Source: Lama guanicoe
Lineage: Eukaryota
Direction of reading: 5' to 3'
Length of the DNA: 64,000 nt
Assembly (NCBI GenBank): GCA_013239625.1
Contig: MU053493.1
Location: forward strand, 1,497,793-1,561,792
The notes below the pieces were generated by a model. That model had not been told where the DNA came from, did no database searches, and saw only the letters and a program-made list of their open reading frames with translations. Numbering within the stretch: the stretch's first letter is position 1; the number at the start of each line of letters is the position of its first letter. Made by a program: the position numbers and the translations under genes. Positions 49,726-62,799 of this stretch are shown piece after piece.

Positions 49726-51019
49726 GTTTCACCTGGACACCCTACATAGATGTATTCTTGGACCCCCTGCCACAGGAGCTCCCAGGGATGGTGTGTGTCT
49801 GTCCATATTCCAACCAAACAGCATGGCGTCTGGCAGGATCACCCTCAAGCTCGAAGACAGTGAGAAGTCCCCCACCCTGCCAATCACAGGGTGATTCTAG
49901 GGTGCTGAAAAGGGTTTGGTATCTTTCCCCATCCCTCTGCACCCACCGGCTAGATTCCCACATCGTACTCCTTTGGAGGAAGTCTGGGTTGCTCTCATTG
50001 TGTAAAAAAACATCTCCCAGGGAAGGACCATATTCTAAAACACTGGGGTTGACAACATGCATGTGCCCTGACGGCAGATCTGAGGGAAGAGTCCATCATC
50101 CCCAACCTGCATTCCCTCTCCCCTAACCACAGGTGAGGGGCATTTGTCTTTACATGGCCATCACCCAAATCTCCTCCTGCATCGGCAGGGAATTTCCCCA
50201 TGGTGGGAGTTGGGTGGGAGGTGACTTCTGAAGCCAAAGCAGCAAGACCATCCTTCCTTACCTGCCCATCCACCCAGCTGGGCCTGTGACCTGAGCTCTG
50301 GCACCGGGACGCCCCTGCATGGGGCTTGGGCTCACAGTGAGAGGTGATGTCGCACAGGGACGGCTAGAATCCAGCAACGGGCAGGCAATGGGCTGCCCAA
50401 GCAGTTCGAGCACTAACAGCATCCTGTCTGGCCAGCTCCAGAGGTGCAGCCACACTCATGTGCCTGCTCCCATGCTCCCTTGGTTCCTGGGTGTTTTCCA
50501 AGCTTGGTTCTGCAGCCTTGCTTCCTGGGGTCCTTCTAGTAAAGGCCCTTTCTGCTGAGTCATCCCATTTGGTTCATGTTGCCTGCCACCAGGCTCTGGT
50601 TATTGGTCTGGTGCCCAGGAGGTGGGGTAGGGCTAGTCCCGGAGGAGAGCCAGCATGATCTTAAAAGGCATTTGCCTCCTGTGAGGCCTGTGCAGTCTTC
50701 AAGCAATGGATGAGCGTTCCTTCTTTAACAAGTGGGAGTGAAGCCCACGGGAGCCCAGGAGGGGTACAGGGTAATCTGGGGCTCAAGGGTCTCAAGTCCC
50801 AATATCCCCATCCCAGGTGTCGATCCCCAGCCCTTCCCTATTTGGGCCCTGACTTTTGCTGGCCTGCTTAGGAAAGAGAAGAATTACATACCAAAGTCGC
50901 CACTGAAACTGCCTGATGCAGACCTAGGGGTTGGTCCAAGGTGGGCAGAAGAGTAAGCAGGATAAGACAGATTCGTTGATATGAGGGCATTCGGCCATCA
51001 CACAGAACCCAACATCTTG

Positions 51020-51116
51020 ATCTATATGCATGACTGGGACATTGTGCTGTACACCAAAACTTGACACATTATAAATGATTATGCTTCAATTAAAAAAAGA
51101 AAAAAAAAAGAAAAAC
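51020..51116 (+). mobile_element. Very short L1 tail
   Basis: tgtacaccaaaacttgacac...cttcaatt plus poly(A); degenerate TSD aacccaacatcttg / aactcaacattctg. Confidence 0.8.
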
Positions 51117-51294
51117 AACTCAACATTCTGGAATGTGTCCTAGGATGATTCCTTCTGGGATGGCTCTTGGAAGCTTGAAAAAAAGCAGCAAATGGCCTAG
51201 TTTTTAAAGAAATCGGCAGTGGAAAAGCAATGCCAGAACTTGCAGGGCAGACGGTGGAGGAAAGATCAAAGGCTCAGAGAGGTAGCCTGCAAGG

Positions 51295-51603
51295 CTCAGA
51301 GACATAGAAAACAAATTCATGGTCACCAAAGGGGATCAGGGAGGGATAAATAAGGAGCTTGGGATTAGGAGATACAAACTACTGTATATAAAGTAGATAA
51401 ACAACAAAGACCCACTGTATAGCAGGGAGCTATATTCAGTATCTTATAATAATCTGTGATGAAAAAGAATCTGAAAAGAACTTATAAATATATATACATC
51501 TATATACACATACACATACATATATAACTAAATCACTTTTCTGTACACCTGAAATTAACACATGTCAAATCAACTATTCTTCAATAAAAAACAAAAACAA
51601 AAG
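51295..51603 (+). mobile_element. Lineage-specific L1 3' UTR fragment
   Basis: gacatagaaaacaaattcatggtcacc...tagataaacaacaa...ttcaataaaaa. Confidence 0.85.
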
Positions 51604-52904
51604 AATCGGTCTGCTCTAAGAGATTGGAAAACCCAGCATCTGACTATGCTCCTTGGAAGGGCTGGAGGACACTTACCAAGATGATAAGGAATTCACTGGT
51701 GAGGGGAGTACTGGCATCATAAAGAAGCTCAGTGGTGGCGCCCTCAGCAGGGCAGCCAGGCCTGGTGGTAGGAGATGTTATCACAGAATAGGGCTCCCAA
51801 GAGCAGTGGGGGTGAAGTTTTGCCCTCAAGGCTGTGTTGATTCTCCTGCTCTTTGTTCGAATACAATCTGCAGGACCGGGATCTGATTGTATGAACCTTC
51901 TGCAGAACAGCCAGCTGGTCTACTATCTTATGATGTCATGTCAACCAGACCCTAGGGGCAGGAAGGGACAGTACCCTTGATGCCATGGCAGGACGCATGT
52001 TCTCTGGAGGGTGGGAGACCAGCCCTACAAAGACTTTGAGGCCTGGCCCACTTGCGGTGTTTTTAGGGACCCAGTAGTCCAGGGCATGATGGGTCACTCC
52101 TCCAAATAAAGGGAGAATTATTGTACCTTAAACTTCCTACCTCTAAGGAAAAAGCACAATGCTTAGTAGGCCTTCTGGGGCCTTCACACTTTGGAACTGC
52201 TCTGACCCATTTATCAGCTGGTGCAGAAAGTTTCTGGTCTGGAGGAGTTTTAAGTGGCTGCCCAATATGGAGGGGCTGTACAGGAGCCAGACAGGGCAGC
52301 TTTGATCCTTGGGCTAGACACGCCACAAGCAGTGGTCCAGGTCCTATGTCATCTGCCTTTGTGCACTGACCCCTGTCCCTCACCTCCCACCCATGACCTC
52401 ATGGGGGTTTCCATGAGGAGTCAACTAAGGAGAAAAAAGCCCAAGCTTGGTTCATGAACAGATCTGCTCCGTATGTCAGGGGGGACAAGGATGGACAGCA
52501 TCTGCTCACAGCTCCGAGCCAGGGTATGAGAATCCTCGTCAGGGACAGAGCATCACGCAGTGCACCTGGCCATCCACTTTGCACATCCAGAAAAGCGCCC
52601 CAAGGTGAGGAGATACACGGATTCGTGGGCTGCATGAACTTGCTTAGCTGGTCAGTCAGGAGCCTGGAAGGAGTGAACTGGAAGTTCAGGGATGAGGAGA
52701 CCTGGGGAAGAGGCAAGTGACTGGACTGGCCAGGAGTGAGCAGAGTGCGAGGGTCTTTGTATACGCCCCAGAGAGGCACGAACAACCGAGTGGACAGGAC
52801 GACTTGGCCAGAAGATGTCAGATCTCCTCGGCCCGCACTGTCTGGGTGCCTGAGCAACGGAGGATGGAGATCGAAAGGATGAGCCACGTGGGGGACCATG
52901 CACA

Positions 52905-54210
52905 GCTGACCCTCAACTTTAACAGAAGCCTTTTTTATTACTTGACTCTGCCACTAATAATGCTTCCACCAAAATACTCTCATCTGATATTAACATAAGG
53001 ACACCCCTCTCTTTGTAGCTACAGATAAATATCTTTTTCAGCCTTTCATTCTCTGCTGTTCCGTAATCTTATGTTTTAGAAGTCTCTCATTAAAAAGCAA
53101 ATAGCTGTACTTTTAAAAACTAGACTGAGAATCTTTGCCTTTTAGCTAGAATATTTAAAATGTCTATACATATATAGATTAAAATGTATTTAAAAGTAAA
53201 GTATATATATTTTGATATATGTTTAATTAATATATATATAATTGATATATAAAATGTTGATATATTTGGGTGTTAATTTAGCATAAAAAATGGTTTCTTT
53301 TCCTTCCCTTTTTTAAGAATACTTTTTTTTCATTCATACCCTTGCTCTAATCTTTTAGTGAATACCCTAGAAATTATGCCATGAATTCCTTTTTAAAAAC
53401 TGAGATATAATTGAAGTATAACATTATATTAGTTTCAGGGTTGGAACATAATGATTCAATCTATGTATATATTATCAGATGATCACCACGGTAAGTCTAG
53501 TGAACATCCATCATCATACATAGTTAACAATTTTTTTCTTGTGATGAGGACTTTTAAGATCTTAGTCTTGGCAATTTTCAAACAGACCACACAGCATTAT
53601 TAGCTATAGTCACCAGGACATCCCCAGTTATTTTATAACTGGAAGTTGGTAACTTTTGACCCCCTATTTCACTCTTCACCTGTGAATTCTTTTTTTTTTT
53701 TTTAATGGAGGTACTGGGGATTGAACCCAGGACCTCATGCATGCTAAGCACATGCTCTGCCACTGAGCTACACCCTCCCCCCTCTCCCACCCATGAATTC
53801 TTAATCTATAAAAATCTGAATGCAATACCTTTACCTCTCACCCAGAAAGAACAAGGATCTTGGACATTTGAACTCCACGTAACTCCTCTTGACTTGGGTG
53901 TTATCCTGCCTAGAACTTTAATTCTGTTCTGATTTTCTCAACCCCACCAGACATTATTCATGCTGCTTTGTACAATCCACGGTTGTATTTATTTGTACTT
54001 TTGTTGCTCTTCGTTCCTTCTCCCATCTGGAGACTTCAACTGTGATCACTTTCCCTCTCTCCAAAATACATTTTCAGAACTCCCTTCAATAAGAGCCATC
54101 TGGTCATAAAGTCCCTTGGTCCATATTTCACTGTCACTCTCAAAAGGCCTTTCCCCTGAGTAGAAAATATTAGTTTAGGCAGTTGTCCTGTGAAATTCTT
54201 TTTCCAAAAT
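52905..54210 (-). mobile_element. Old L1M fragments with a nested L1MA-type 3' end (about 53390-53685)
   Basis: T-rich antisense L1 signatures; tgagatataattgaagtataacattatattagtttcagg. Confidence 0.6.
53690..53781 (-). mobile_element. Vic-1-like SINE, short form, well preserved
   Basis: Poly(T), then aatggaggtactggggattgaacccaggacctcatgcatgctaagcacatgctctgccactgagctacaccctcccc; flanked by tgaattct on both sides. Confidence 0.92.
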
Positions 54211-55819
54211 AAATTTTCCATAGTAGTCCAACAAGTGAGGAAGAGAGAGAGAGCGCTCTCCTGACTGAAGCAGGGATGGAAGATCCAGAACCCTCCTTAC
54301 TCAACCTGCTCCCCAACTCAGTCAGCCTAGAGCACCCCCTGGAAATGCTAGAGAACCCCAAGACACAGTTTGCAAATGATACTTAAAACTTACAAATCAA
54401 CATAAACTCACCGTCGCCTAGACCCTAAGGAAGTCCAGTGGGCAGCACTGGTGATGTCCATCCTGCCCTGTTCAGGGAAAGTCTCCCTGAGTCTGAGGCA
54501 GGGACTCTTCTGGCCTGAAGAGGCCATTGGTGCTACGGGGCATAAATGAATTCTTACACCCATGGCAACCACGGAGGACCATGGACAGCTGTGCAGGTCG
54601 TACACTATTCAAAGTTTCCTGGCCCAGGAGGCAAGTTGGATCTGAAGTCCGGTGCACGTTCTACTCTTCTGACTGGTCCCTGGGTTAGATTAGGTCCACC
54701 TTTTTTCTAATTCACATGCAGGTTCTACAGTACAGGCCAAGTGTGGGGCGATGACTAGGATGAAGTGCCACAATCACGCCACCTGCCTTTCTGAGCTCAG
54801 TCTCCATGCTCACTGGGCTTCTTGGTGACCCTGTAGACTTACTGCAATTCTGAATCCAGGAAGGGGTGCCCTGGGGGACATGACCTAGAAGGGAACCCCT
54901 CCTTGGACAAGTGAATTGGTGTCTGACTTACAGCCCTTATGCGCATGTGGGGTCCACCTCCCTGGACCCAGCAGGATTCCAGGAACTGCGAATTGGCCTT
55001 AAGCCCTGAAACCCTTGGAAAGCCCTTGGGAGAGGCATTTAGCTCCCACCCACCCTGGTGTCTATGGGGCCCTCCACTGCTGGCTGGGATCCAGTCTTAA
55101 CTTTCCATCCCCCTCCCCCCATATTCCACTGCTCCAGTGACAAAAGCCTGGAACAACAATGACACCCAGCCAACCCAAGAACAGGGCTGTGAGCAGCGTC
55201 TAACGCCCTCCTCAGTTCCCGGGGGCCCGTGGGGAGCGGGCGGGCTGCAGTGATGGGAAAACACACATTGTCTGGGGGCGTTGCGGATACAGTACAGATT
55301 ATTTTTAGCAAATTGTTCTGACTGAGTGAAAAACCTGAAAGATAGTGTTGATAATCATCCTTCTTTTAGGGCCACAGATGGCGCTGCTATAATTAGACGC
55401 TTGTTTCTGGGTGATTCTGCTGTTCCGATGAGAAGACACCTTGCTGGTTGCAGAAACACATCACTGAAGGTTTATTGTTCAGTTTGGGGCGATCTTTTCC
55501 TCTTTACCCTTCAGGATTAACCACATTTGTGATAAAAAGTAAATTATTCACATGCCTCTCAAGCTAATATTAGCCTGAATGTAAATAAGAGGTTTGGGCT
55601 CTCTTTTGTCCTCCAATCCCGGTGACAACCAGGAATTATCCCCTGCTGTCTGCCCTCCTCCTCAGAGGTACTTCCTGGGCCCCCAGCCAAGCCAGATTCC
55701 GGTATCTCATTCCATCCCACACTTCCTTTCATATCCATGTTTGTCATTTGCAACTGTGAATTTATCTGTGACACACTCAGACTCATGTTTGTCCCGTTTG
55801 CTGGACCATAAACTCCACA

Positions 55820-55927
55820 GCTCCCAGATTCCTTACCTTCAGAAACTTGTGCAATGATGCATGTTTGTTCTTTTAAGCTGTTCAGGTGGGTGGACATTTG
55901 TTACGCAGCAATGAGTAACTAGCTCAT
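55820..55927 (+). mobile_element. MLT1-type LTR 3' end
   Basis: cagaaact...tgtttgttcttttaagctg...atttgttacgcagcaat. Confidence 0.6.
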
Positions 55928-56798
55928 ATCCCAACTGCATCTCGATCTCCTGGCTCTCTGAGTCAGAGAGGAGTTATGTTCCCTCACAGCTTCCAGCAGT
56001 GTGCCCTCTGTTCTTCTCCCCACTTCTCTGTCCTCGCCAGCACCCCCATCCCTCTCCATCCCTCTGGCCCTGGCTCAGGAAGAGACACCAACAGAGGCCA
56101 GCATAGACCATGACGGAGGGGAGGGCAAAGCCCCATTGACCAGGGTGCCAGGTAACCTGGAGAACCAGGGAATCTCATAGTCCATCAGGAGCTGGGCTGA
56201 GAAGGAGACTTGACCTTGTTCCCCTCCCCAATGCTAGCTCAGCCTTATTTTCTAACTCTTCTCGATTCCTGAGCTCTTCTTCCATGCATCCTTCTGATCC
56301 TACCACAGGGGAGCCATGCTGTCACCTTCTCCAGTCTGCTTGAAGACCATCACTCTCTGAGTCCACTAGTGAGCTCTTCCCTTGGTCCTAGTGCCACTGA
56401 CTGGTAGTCTTTGGGAGGCTATATCTTATCAACAAATCCAGTGGTTGTCCTTGGACAAGACTTCCCACAAAGAGAAGGGCTCCCACCCATTGCTCAGGCC
56501 CAGGCCTTCTGCCCCCAGGGCCCCTACCAGACACAGATCACTTCCATTTGATAAATGCCTCTACCCTCCAGAGTCTCCTGCACCCTCCTGCTGCTGACCA
56601 CCCTGACTCCGGTCCCTGCGTCCCGCTCTGTAACACACCAGCTGAGACAGTGGACAAGCATGGGCACTTTCTTCTCCTTTTCTGATTAAGTTTTAATTTT
56701 TGCAAAAGTAATCCCCACGTGTAGGGTGCAATTCAAATAGTTGAGGCTTATGGTGAAATGAGGCCATCCTCTGCCTCTGTCTCTTTTTTCAAAAGGAC

Positions 56799-56966
56799 TT
56801 TTTTTTTTAATTTTGGAGGGAGGTAATTAGGTTTGTTTGTTTGTTTGCTTGTTTGTTTGTTTGTTTGTTTGTTTGTTTTATTTTATAGTGGAAGCACTGG
56901 GGATTGAGCCCAGGACCTTCTGCATGCTAAGCACACACTCTACCACTGAACTATACCCTCCCTCCC
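56799..56966 (-). mobile_element. Vic-1-like SINE, long form with (GTTT)n
   Basis: ggtaattaggttt, actggggattgagcccaggacc...taccactgaactataccctc. Confidence 0.9.
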
Positions 56967-57224
56967 TTCCCCCCTTCCCCACCACTTGTCTCTCTTATTC
57001 CGTTGTCCCATTCCATGGGGGCTACAAAGTTCATTTTTTAAATTTTCTTCTGAAAAAATAAGGATATATGCTTTTTAAATTTTTATTATCTTTTGAGATT
57101 AGTTTTGACTTTCTATTATAATTGAGGAGGATTTGACACTTGTGCTCCCACTTTCCTCCCTCACTCATCATCCTAATGTATCTTTACATCACAACTTTGG
57201 GTTAAATTAATAGTCAGTGTTTAT

Positions 57225-57313
57225 CACCAGAAACTGACACAACATTGTAAACTGACTCAACATTATAAACTGACTATGCTTCCATAAAAAAGAATGCAAA
57301 TGTAAAAAAAAAA
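57225..57313 (+). mobile_element. Very short L1 tail with an internal tandem duplication
   Basis: caccagaaactgaca, then caacatt(g/a)taaactgact twice, then an A-rich tail. Confidence 0.75.
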
Positions 57314-57383
57314 TAGCATTTACATTACCAGGACTATTGAAGAACCAAACAGAATATATCCTTTCTCATAATCCACCCTTCTA

Positions 57384-57690
57384 TGTAATAGGGAAGAACA
57401 AATCTGACTCCATTATTGGATCTGTTTCTTTAACTTTGTATTCTTTTGCTTTTGCTACAAGCTAATCACTAAAGGAATGTTGCCTATAAGCTTAAAGTAT
57501 ACATAATGGCCCATCTCTGGGAACCCTGCCTCCCAGGTAATGAGTGTTAAGCTAAAATACCTTTGTTTAGCTCACAGGGAACATCCTGACCAGACCCACC
57601 TATGAATGGCTGCAGGAAGGAAGAAATAAACACAACCCCTCCGAGGCTGATCAGAATGGGAAAGGTTTGACTTTACCCTGTCGCCCTCTG
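57384..57690 (+). mobile_element. MER41-related ERV1 LTR, 3'-truncated
   Basis: Starts tgtaatagggaagaacaaatctgactccat, shared with the 42486 LTR, and diverges internally. Confidence 0.7.
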
Positions 57691-58208
57691 TAGAAACAGT
57701 TTTGTTATTTTTGTTTGTTTGTTTGTTTGTTTTTTGTTTTTTTTTTTAGTGACTGATAATTCCATACTAGAGAACATGCTATAATTGAGTTAATATTACC
57801 ATGGTTAGTATTTCAGTTGTTCCCACCCTTTCACAATCACAAGCGATGCTTCCATGAGCCTTGTGATAAAGGCCCTTGCACATGTGGGCAAGAACACTTC
57901 CAGGACAAAGTCCGACAGTGGGATCCCTAGATCGGAGGACATGCATGTGTAGTTCTGATTCACGTGCCCTAATTGTCCCTCAGGGACAGTGGTTATCAAA
58001 GGTTGGGGCTTGGCCCACCTGGGTTTTTTCTCACTGATTTATAGCAGCCAGTGCCTGCGACATCAGATGAACAGATGATTATCCATAGGCTACTGTCTTC
58101 ATATTATAGACACAAACACACCTTATTCTTTTAATGACTGTATGACAATTCCATTTTAGGGATGTTCCTTAATTTTATTCTCAGCTTATCGTTTGCCTTT
58201 TTCATTTA

Positions 58209-58344
58209 TGGAGGAGGGGTAATTAGGTTTGTTAGTTTGTTTTAATGGGGGTACTGGGGATTGAACCCAGGACCTCATGCATGCTGAGTATGCACTCTAC
58301 CACTGAGCTATTACCTCCCCCACCCACCCCCCATCCCCTACCCC
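58209..58344 (-). mobile_element. Vic-1-like SINE, long form
   Basis: Canonical reverse head; TSD tgcctttttc(a/c)ttta at 58194-58208 and 58345-58359. Confidence 0.9.
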
Positions 58345-59202
58345 TGCCTTTTTCCTTTAATCAGATGTTTTCTGCCAGGCAGAAATATTTGGCTCTTATC
58401 TGGTAGAATCAATCAGTTATGTTATTCATGGCCTCCAGTTTTGTAATATCAAGCCTCCAATCCTGAGAGCCCCTTTTAAGGCATGGTGTCTGGGGCATCT
58501 CCAAGAAGTGATGTCCCGCAGATGGGAAAGTTGCCACATAAAAAGGTGTCTGACAGCAGCTCTGCACACCACAGTCAGCCACGGAGCTCTGCAAGGAACT
58601 GCCCCTAAACACGGCCCCAACCACTGGCATCACAAATGGACAGTCCCAGACCAGGGGCCCAGGCCAGCTTCAAGCACCTAGCAGCTGGAGTGGAAGGTAG
58701 GAGGCCAGACAGGTGGGTCCCTCATACTCTCCTGCAAGGCTGGATGTGCTGGAGGCTGCTCCAGCTCCTTGTCCCCCAGCCTTCTGCTCACCCCCCATTT
58801 CTGCTCAGCTTTCTCCATCCGGCCCCACGGTATACCGCAAACTAGTGAGCGGCTACTTTGTGCCAGGACCTGCACTGGGGGCTGGGACGATGGTGAGCAG
58901 ATATCCTCCATGATGTGGAGGTCAGTGGTCCACGGAGGGCAGGCTCCCAGCTTAGTCCAGAGAAGGAACACTCACACTGAGCACTGACCCCAGTGGGAGC
59001 TGCCCAGACCCCAGGACAGGGAGACTGAGCCGCACATGAAAGGGGCGGGAGGCAGGAGGGAGCAGGTGAGGCGGGAACCAAGGACCAGAGCTGTGGCTGC
59101 TGCCCACCTGGGAGGCACTGCTGAGATTCTACGCCCAGGACAGCCCCAACCATGCATAAACCCAGCGGGGAGATGCACCCCCGCCCCGCGCGCACCCAGC
59201 GA

Positions 59203-59220
59203 GGCCAGCAGGGGGCGCCC
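59203..59220 (+). promoter_or_regulatory. CTCF core motif
   Basis: ggccagcagggggcgccc matches CCASYAGRKGGCRS exactly, inside a small CpG cluster. Confidence 0.6.
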
Positions 59221-61500
59221 CACACACCGAGGGGCAGTGGCCCAGTCTCAGAGCCACAGGACCTCAGGGGATGGCCAGGCTCTGGCAGCTGGCGGGCTGA
59301 GGCTCCTGTTTTGACTTAACATAGATGCTCAGTTTTCTCATCTATAGAATGGGGTCATGTCAGGGCACCCCCTGGCATTGGTGAGGAGTGACCCACGTGA
59401 ATCCTCGGATCAGTGAGCCCTACTCAGTGAGTGTAGATGGAGGGCGGTGAGCCGAGTCCACCCATTAGCCAAGCCATGCATCGCAAGCACACTCACTCAT
59501 CCGGAATCATATTTTCTAGGTATCTTACTAATTTCATCCTCACTGCAGTGCTTTGCGGACTTATTCGTCTCCATCACAGATTTCAGCACGCCCTGCACCT
59601 CTGGGATTTCCCTGGACCACAGGGTCCCCATGCGCCCCTATCCTGGGGGATGCTCTAGGATTTGGGGTCAAAGGTTGAATCGCACCTATTAACCCCCTGA
59701 AAAGGGTGTCCCTCACCCCTTTCCCAAAGGTGGTGACAGGCATATATATCAGGTCCTGGACAAATGCTGCTCCCTTGGGATAGGCATAGCTTTCCCTGCA
59801 GGAGCGCCCACCTGTATAGTCCTCCTACAGAGGGACCACCCTGTGCACTGGGAGGCGGGCTGGTGCTTACCCTCAGGTGTCCACCACTCCCTCTGCAGCC
59901 CCAGCAAAGGGTTTGCATTTAGAAGGTCAGGAAGTGGTCCTTCTTACAGGGCGGCCTTAAATTATTTCAGCTGCACCGAGGTATTTCAAAGTCAGACCAA
60001 ATAAACATGTGCATCTAAAAAAGGCAAAAGAGGGTCATTTGAAATAGAGAAGAAAGCCTTTCCCATATCCTGAGGGTGTGGCCAGACTCCCCCCACCTCC
60101 CCAACCCCCGAGAAGCTGTTCAGGGTTTGCTTTGGTTTTGTGTGTTTGCCAAGACACAGAGCTGCTCTTGCTTTGGGATGAAAGCATTTTCTTTTCAATA
60201 AAACGTGAGGCAACCTAAGTTTCCTTCCCTGATTTGCTCTGGGGCCTCCCCAGCCCCCTGCAGCTGTCGGGGCCACATCTTTAAAGGGTTTGCTTTTCCT
60301 GAGAAGGCAACCATGACCCACGCGATGTTATCAACCAATCAGGCTCAGGGCAGAGAGGAAGGGCGATGTTCCCCAGGCTCCCCCACACAGCATCCCCCAC
60401 CCATGGTCAGATACAAGACACGCCCCTCTACTTCCCCAGACGCTTTCTTGCTCGCTCCCCCTTCACATCGGCCCAGTGCCCAGGAGACACAACCCCTTTT
60501 CCTGAAGAGTCTGGATTGAAACCAGTGTGGGAATCACCTTCTTTTCTTTTCTTCTTGCAATTATGCCTCCAGGCTTAAATCCATCATCTAAATGAAGCCC
60601 AAAGTGAGGGGACCATCTGCTACAACTTTCTGTGTGTTGTCCCCCCATCCGGGCCCCCTGCTGTTGCATTTCCACTCATCCTCAGCTCCTGGATCACAAC
60701 AGGGACAGCCCATACCTGGCCCCACCTGAACCACATACAGATGCTCTGACACAAGTGGGTCTTCGTGTCTAAGCAGTCTGCCGTGGGACCCTTACCGCAA
60801 CCCCATCTCAGTGGAGCATTGACACAAACAGGGGCCCCTCTCTTCCTGCTCCTCCATAAGCTCCTGCTCATTCATTCATTCATTCAACAACGTTGACACT
60901 GGGCTCAAGATGGCTCATTCAACATATCCTCGGAGCCTCTGAAATAGCAGAATATGTATAACAACAAATACTTAGGAGCCCTGCAAAACTAGAAAAAGTG
61001 CCACCAGCAGACCGGAACATGGGGGATTTCCAGAAGAGAGAGAAAGAGCAGATGAGGTCAGATTAGTGGTGAAACCCAATATCACAGAGGAGCCCAAGAG
61101 GCGGGACCCCACCCCCACCCCTGTCCAGAGGGTAGGCACGTTGGCCATGGGGGAAGGTGCAGGCCATCGGACATGGATGCAGAGAGTGGCTTGAAGGGCC
61201 ATCCAAGCAGTTGAGCCAGTGCCCCATTTGCTCCCAGGGGACAGCCAGAGTGCTGCTTTAAAACCAGACAGAGAGCTGCAAGGTTCATCCCCAGGACACC
61301 CCATCCCGCAACTGCATCCAAAATGAAAGGTCAGGAGTCCCCAGATCAGAGCTCCAAGAAGGCACTCTCCCTTTGCTCCTCCCTGCCTGTCGCCACGTGC
61401 CCGGGCGCAGGGGTGCAGCGCGGCTGTGACTGGAGCAGACAGTCCCTGACAGAAGGGAGGTTTACTTGTGCCACAGAGCAAGAGTGATCAGTCAAGACTA

Positions 61501-61988
61501 CAGACAGTTCCCAAGCAGGCTTGGCTCAGGACCCCCTGAACATGTTCAAATTGCTCCAGGGCCCCAGAGAACTTTCATTTCTACGGAGAAAACCTATCAT
61601 AACAGAAGTTAAAACTCAGGAGCATTTTAAATATTTACTCATTTCTTTAAAAATGATCACAGAGCCATCACACATTGACACAAATAACAGAACATTTATG
61701 AAAATAGCTATCTTCTAAAAACAGTTTATTCAGTAAGAAGAGTGACATTGTTTTATATTTTTCCAAATCTTGCCAACATCTGGCTTAATGGACAGCTGGA
61801 TTGTCATATCTGCTTCTGATTTCAATCTGTCAGGATGTCACACATCATGTAGACTCTGGGAAACTCTGCTGAACACTCAGGAGAGGAAAATGTCTTTGTA
61901 TTCCTATTAAATAACTTTGAGTTTGTGGCCTCCAGAAAAAGTCTCAGAACTCCCCAGGGGTCCACGGACCTCACATCAAGAACCACTG
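61501..61988 (-). mobile_element. Charlie1b-like hAT DNA transposon fossil
   Basis: Terminus ccccaggggtccacggacctcacatcaagaaccactg; internal gaagagtgacattgtttta and tctggcttaat..acagctggatt.tcatatctgcttctg. Confidence 0.7.
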
Positions 61989-62799
61989 TCCTGACACTCG
62001 TTTACACACGGGATCAGACAACCAAGAATCCCCATTCATTTGAAGGAGATCAACAGTTTGCTAAAGAAGAACCAGACAGACCCTGAAGAAAAAAGGATAA
62101 CACAGGAATCAGAAGAGGACATTAAAGTAAGTATAATTAACATCCTTTGAGAGGTTCAACAGGATATTAGAAACAGTCCGATGGTGAGTAGACAAAAAGA
62201 AAACACAGAAAAATCAGTACTTTTCCTATATATCATTAAGAACTAGATAGCATTTGGAGCTGGCAACAAAAATCACAGATAATCAAGGCATAAACTTAAT
62301 CAAATTCTGGAAGACCTACCTACAGATTTTAAATTGTATTGAAGAACATACATTGAAAGATGTATTACACTTCCTGCCAAGCCTCGGTATTATAAAAATA
62401 CTGGGCACATCCCAGGGACTTGTTCAAGACCTGGGACACGATCATCCTTTCGCGCCCAATTTCCCTGTATCACTGGGATTCTCTGCTCAGATGTCACCAC
62501 GCCCACTTCCAGATCCACTTCCTGTGTGGGCTTCTTCCCCAGCCCTGGCAGGGGTGGGGAGAAGCATCCGGGAAAGGGGGACAGGAGGTCAAAGGTGGAG
62601 CTTGGACTCGCCAGCTGCATGTAAGACCTGCGCTGTTTTAGAGGGTTTAGCTAACATCTAGCAAAACCTCAAATGCACAGTTCCTCTTCTAGGAATTTTC
62701 CATTAGTTGCAGAAAAGAGCCCGTTCTTAGTGGAAAAGCCATTCGTGGAACTATAAGCAGAGAAAAGCAGGAAAGTCTACTGGATAACTTGCAGGCTCT

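Larger units (their letters stand above)
50300..52880 (+). mobile_element. Decayed ERV-L provirus: LTR 3' end, Leu-type primer-binding site, gag and pol (RT, RNase H) remnants
   Basis: LLYLKLPTSKEKAQCLVGLLG (about 52115-52180), AWFMNRSA (about 52445), YTDSWA and WKFRDEETWGRG (about 52610-52715) resemble recalled ERV-L pol; PBS-like tggtgcccaggaggtggggt at 50609-50628. Confidence 0.7.

Noticed and set aside
50188..50197. NF-kB consensus gggaatttcc
   Set aside because: An isolated 10-mer next to or inside an old LTR with no supporting cluster.
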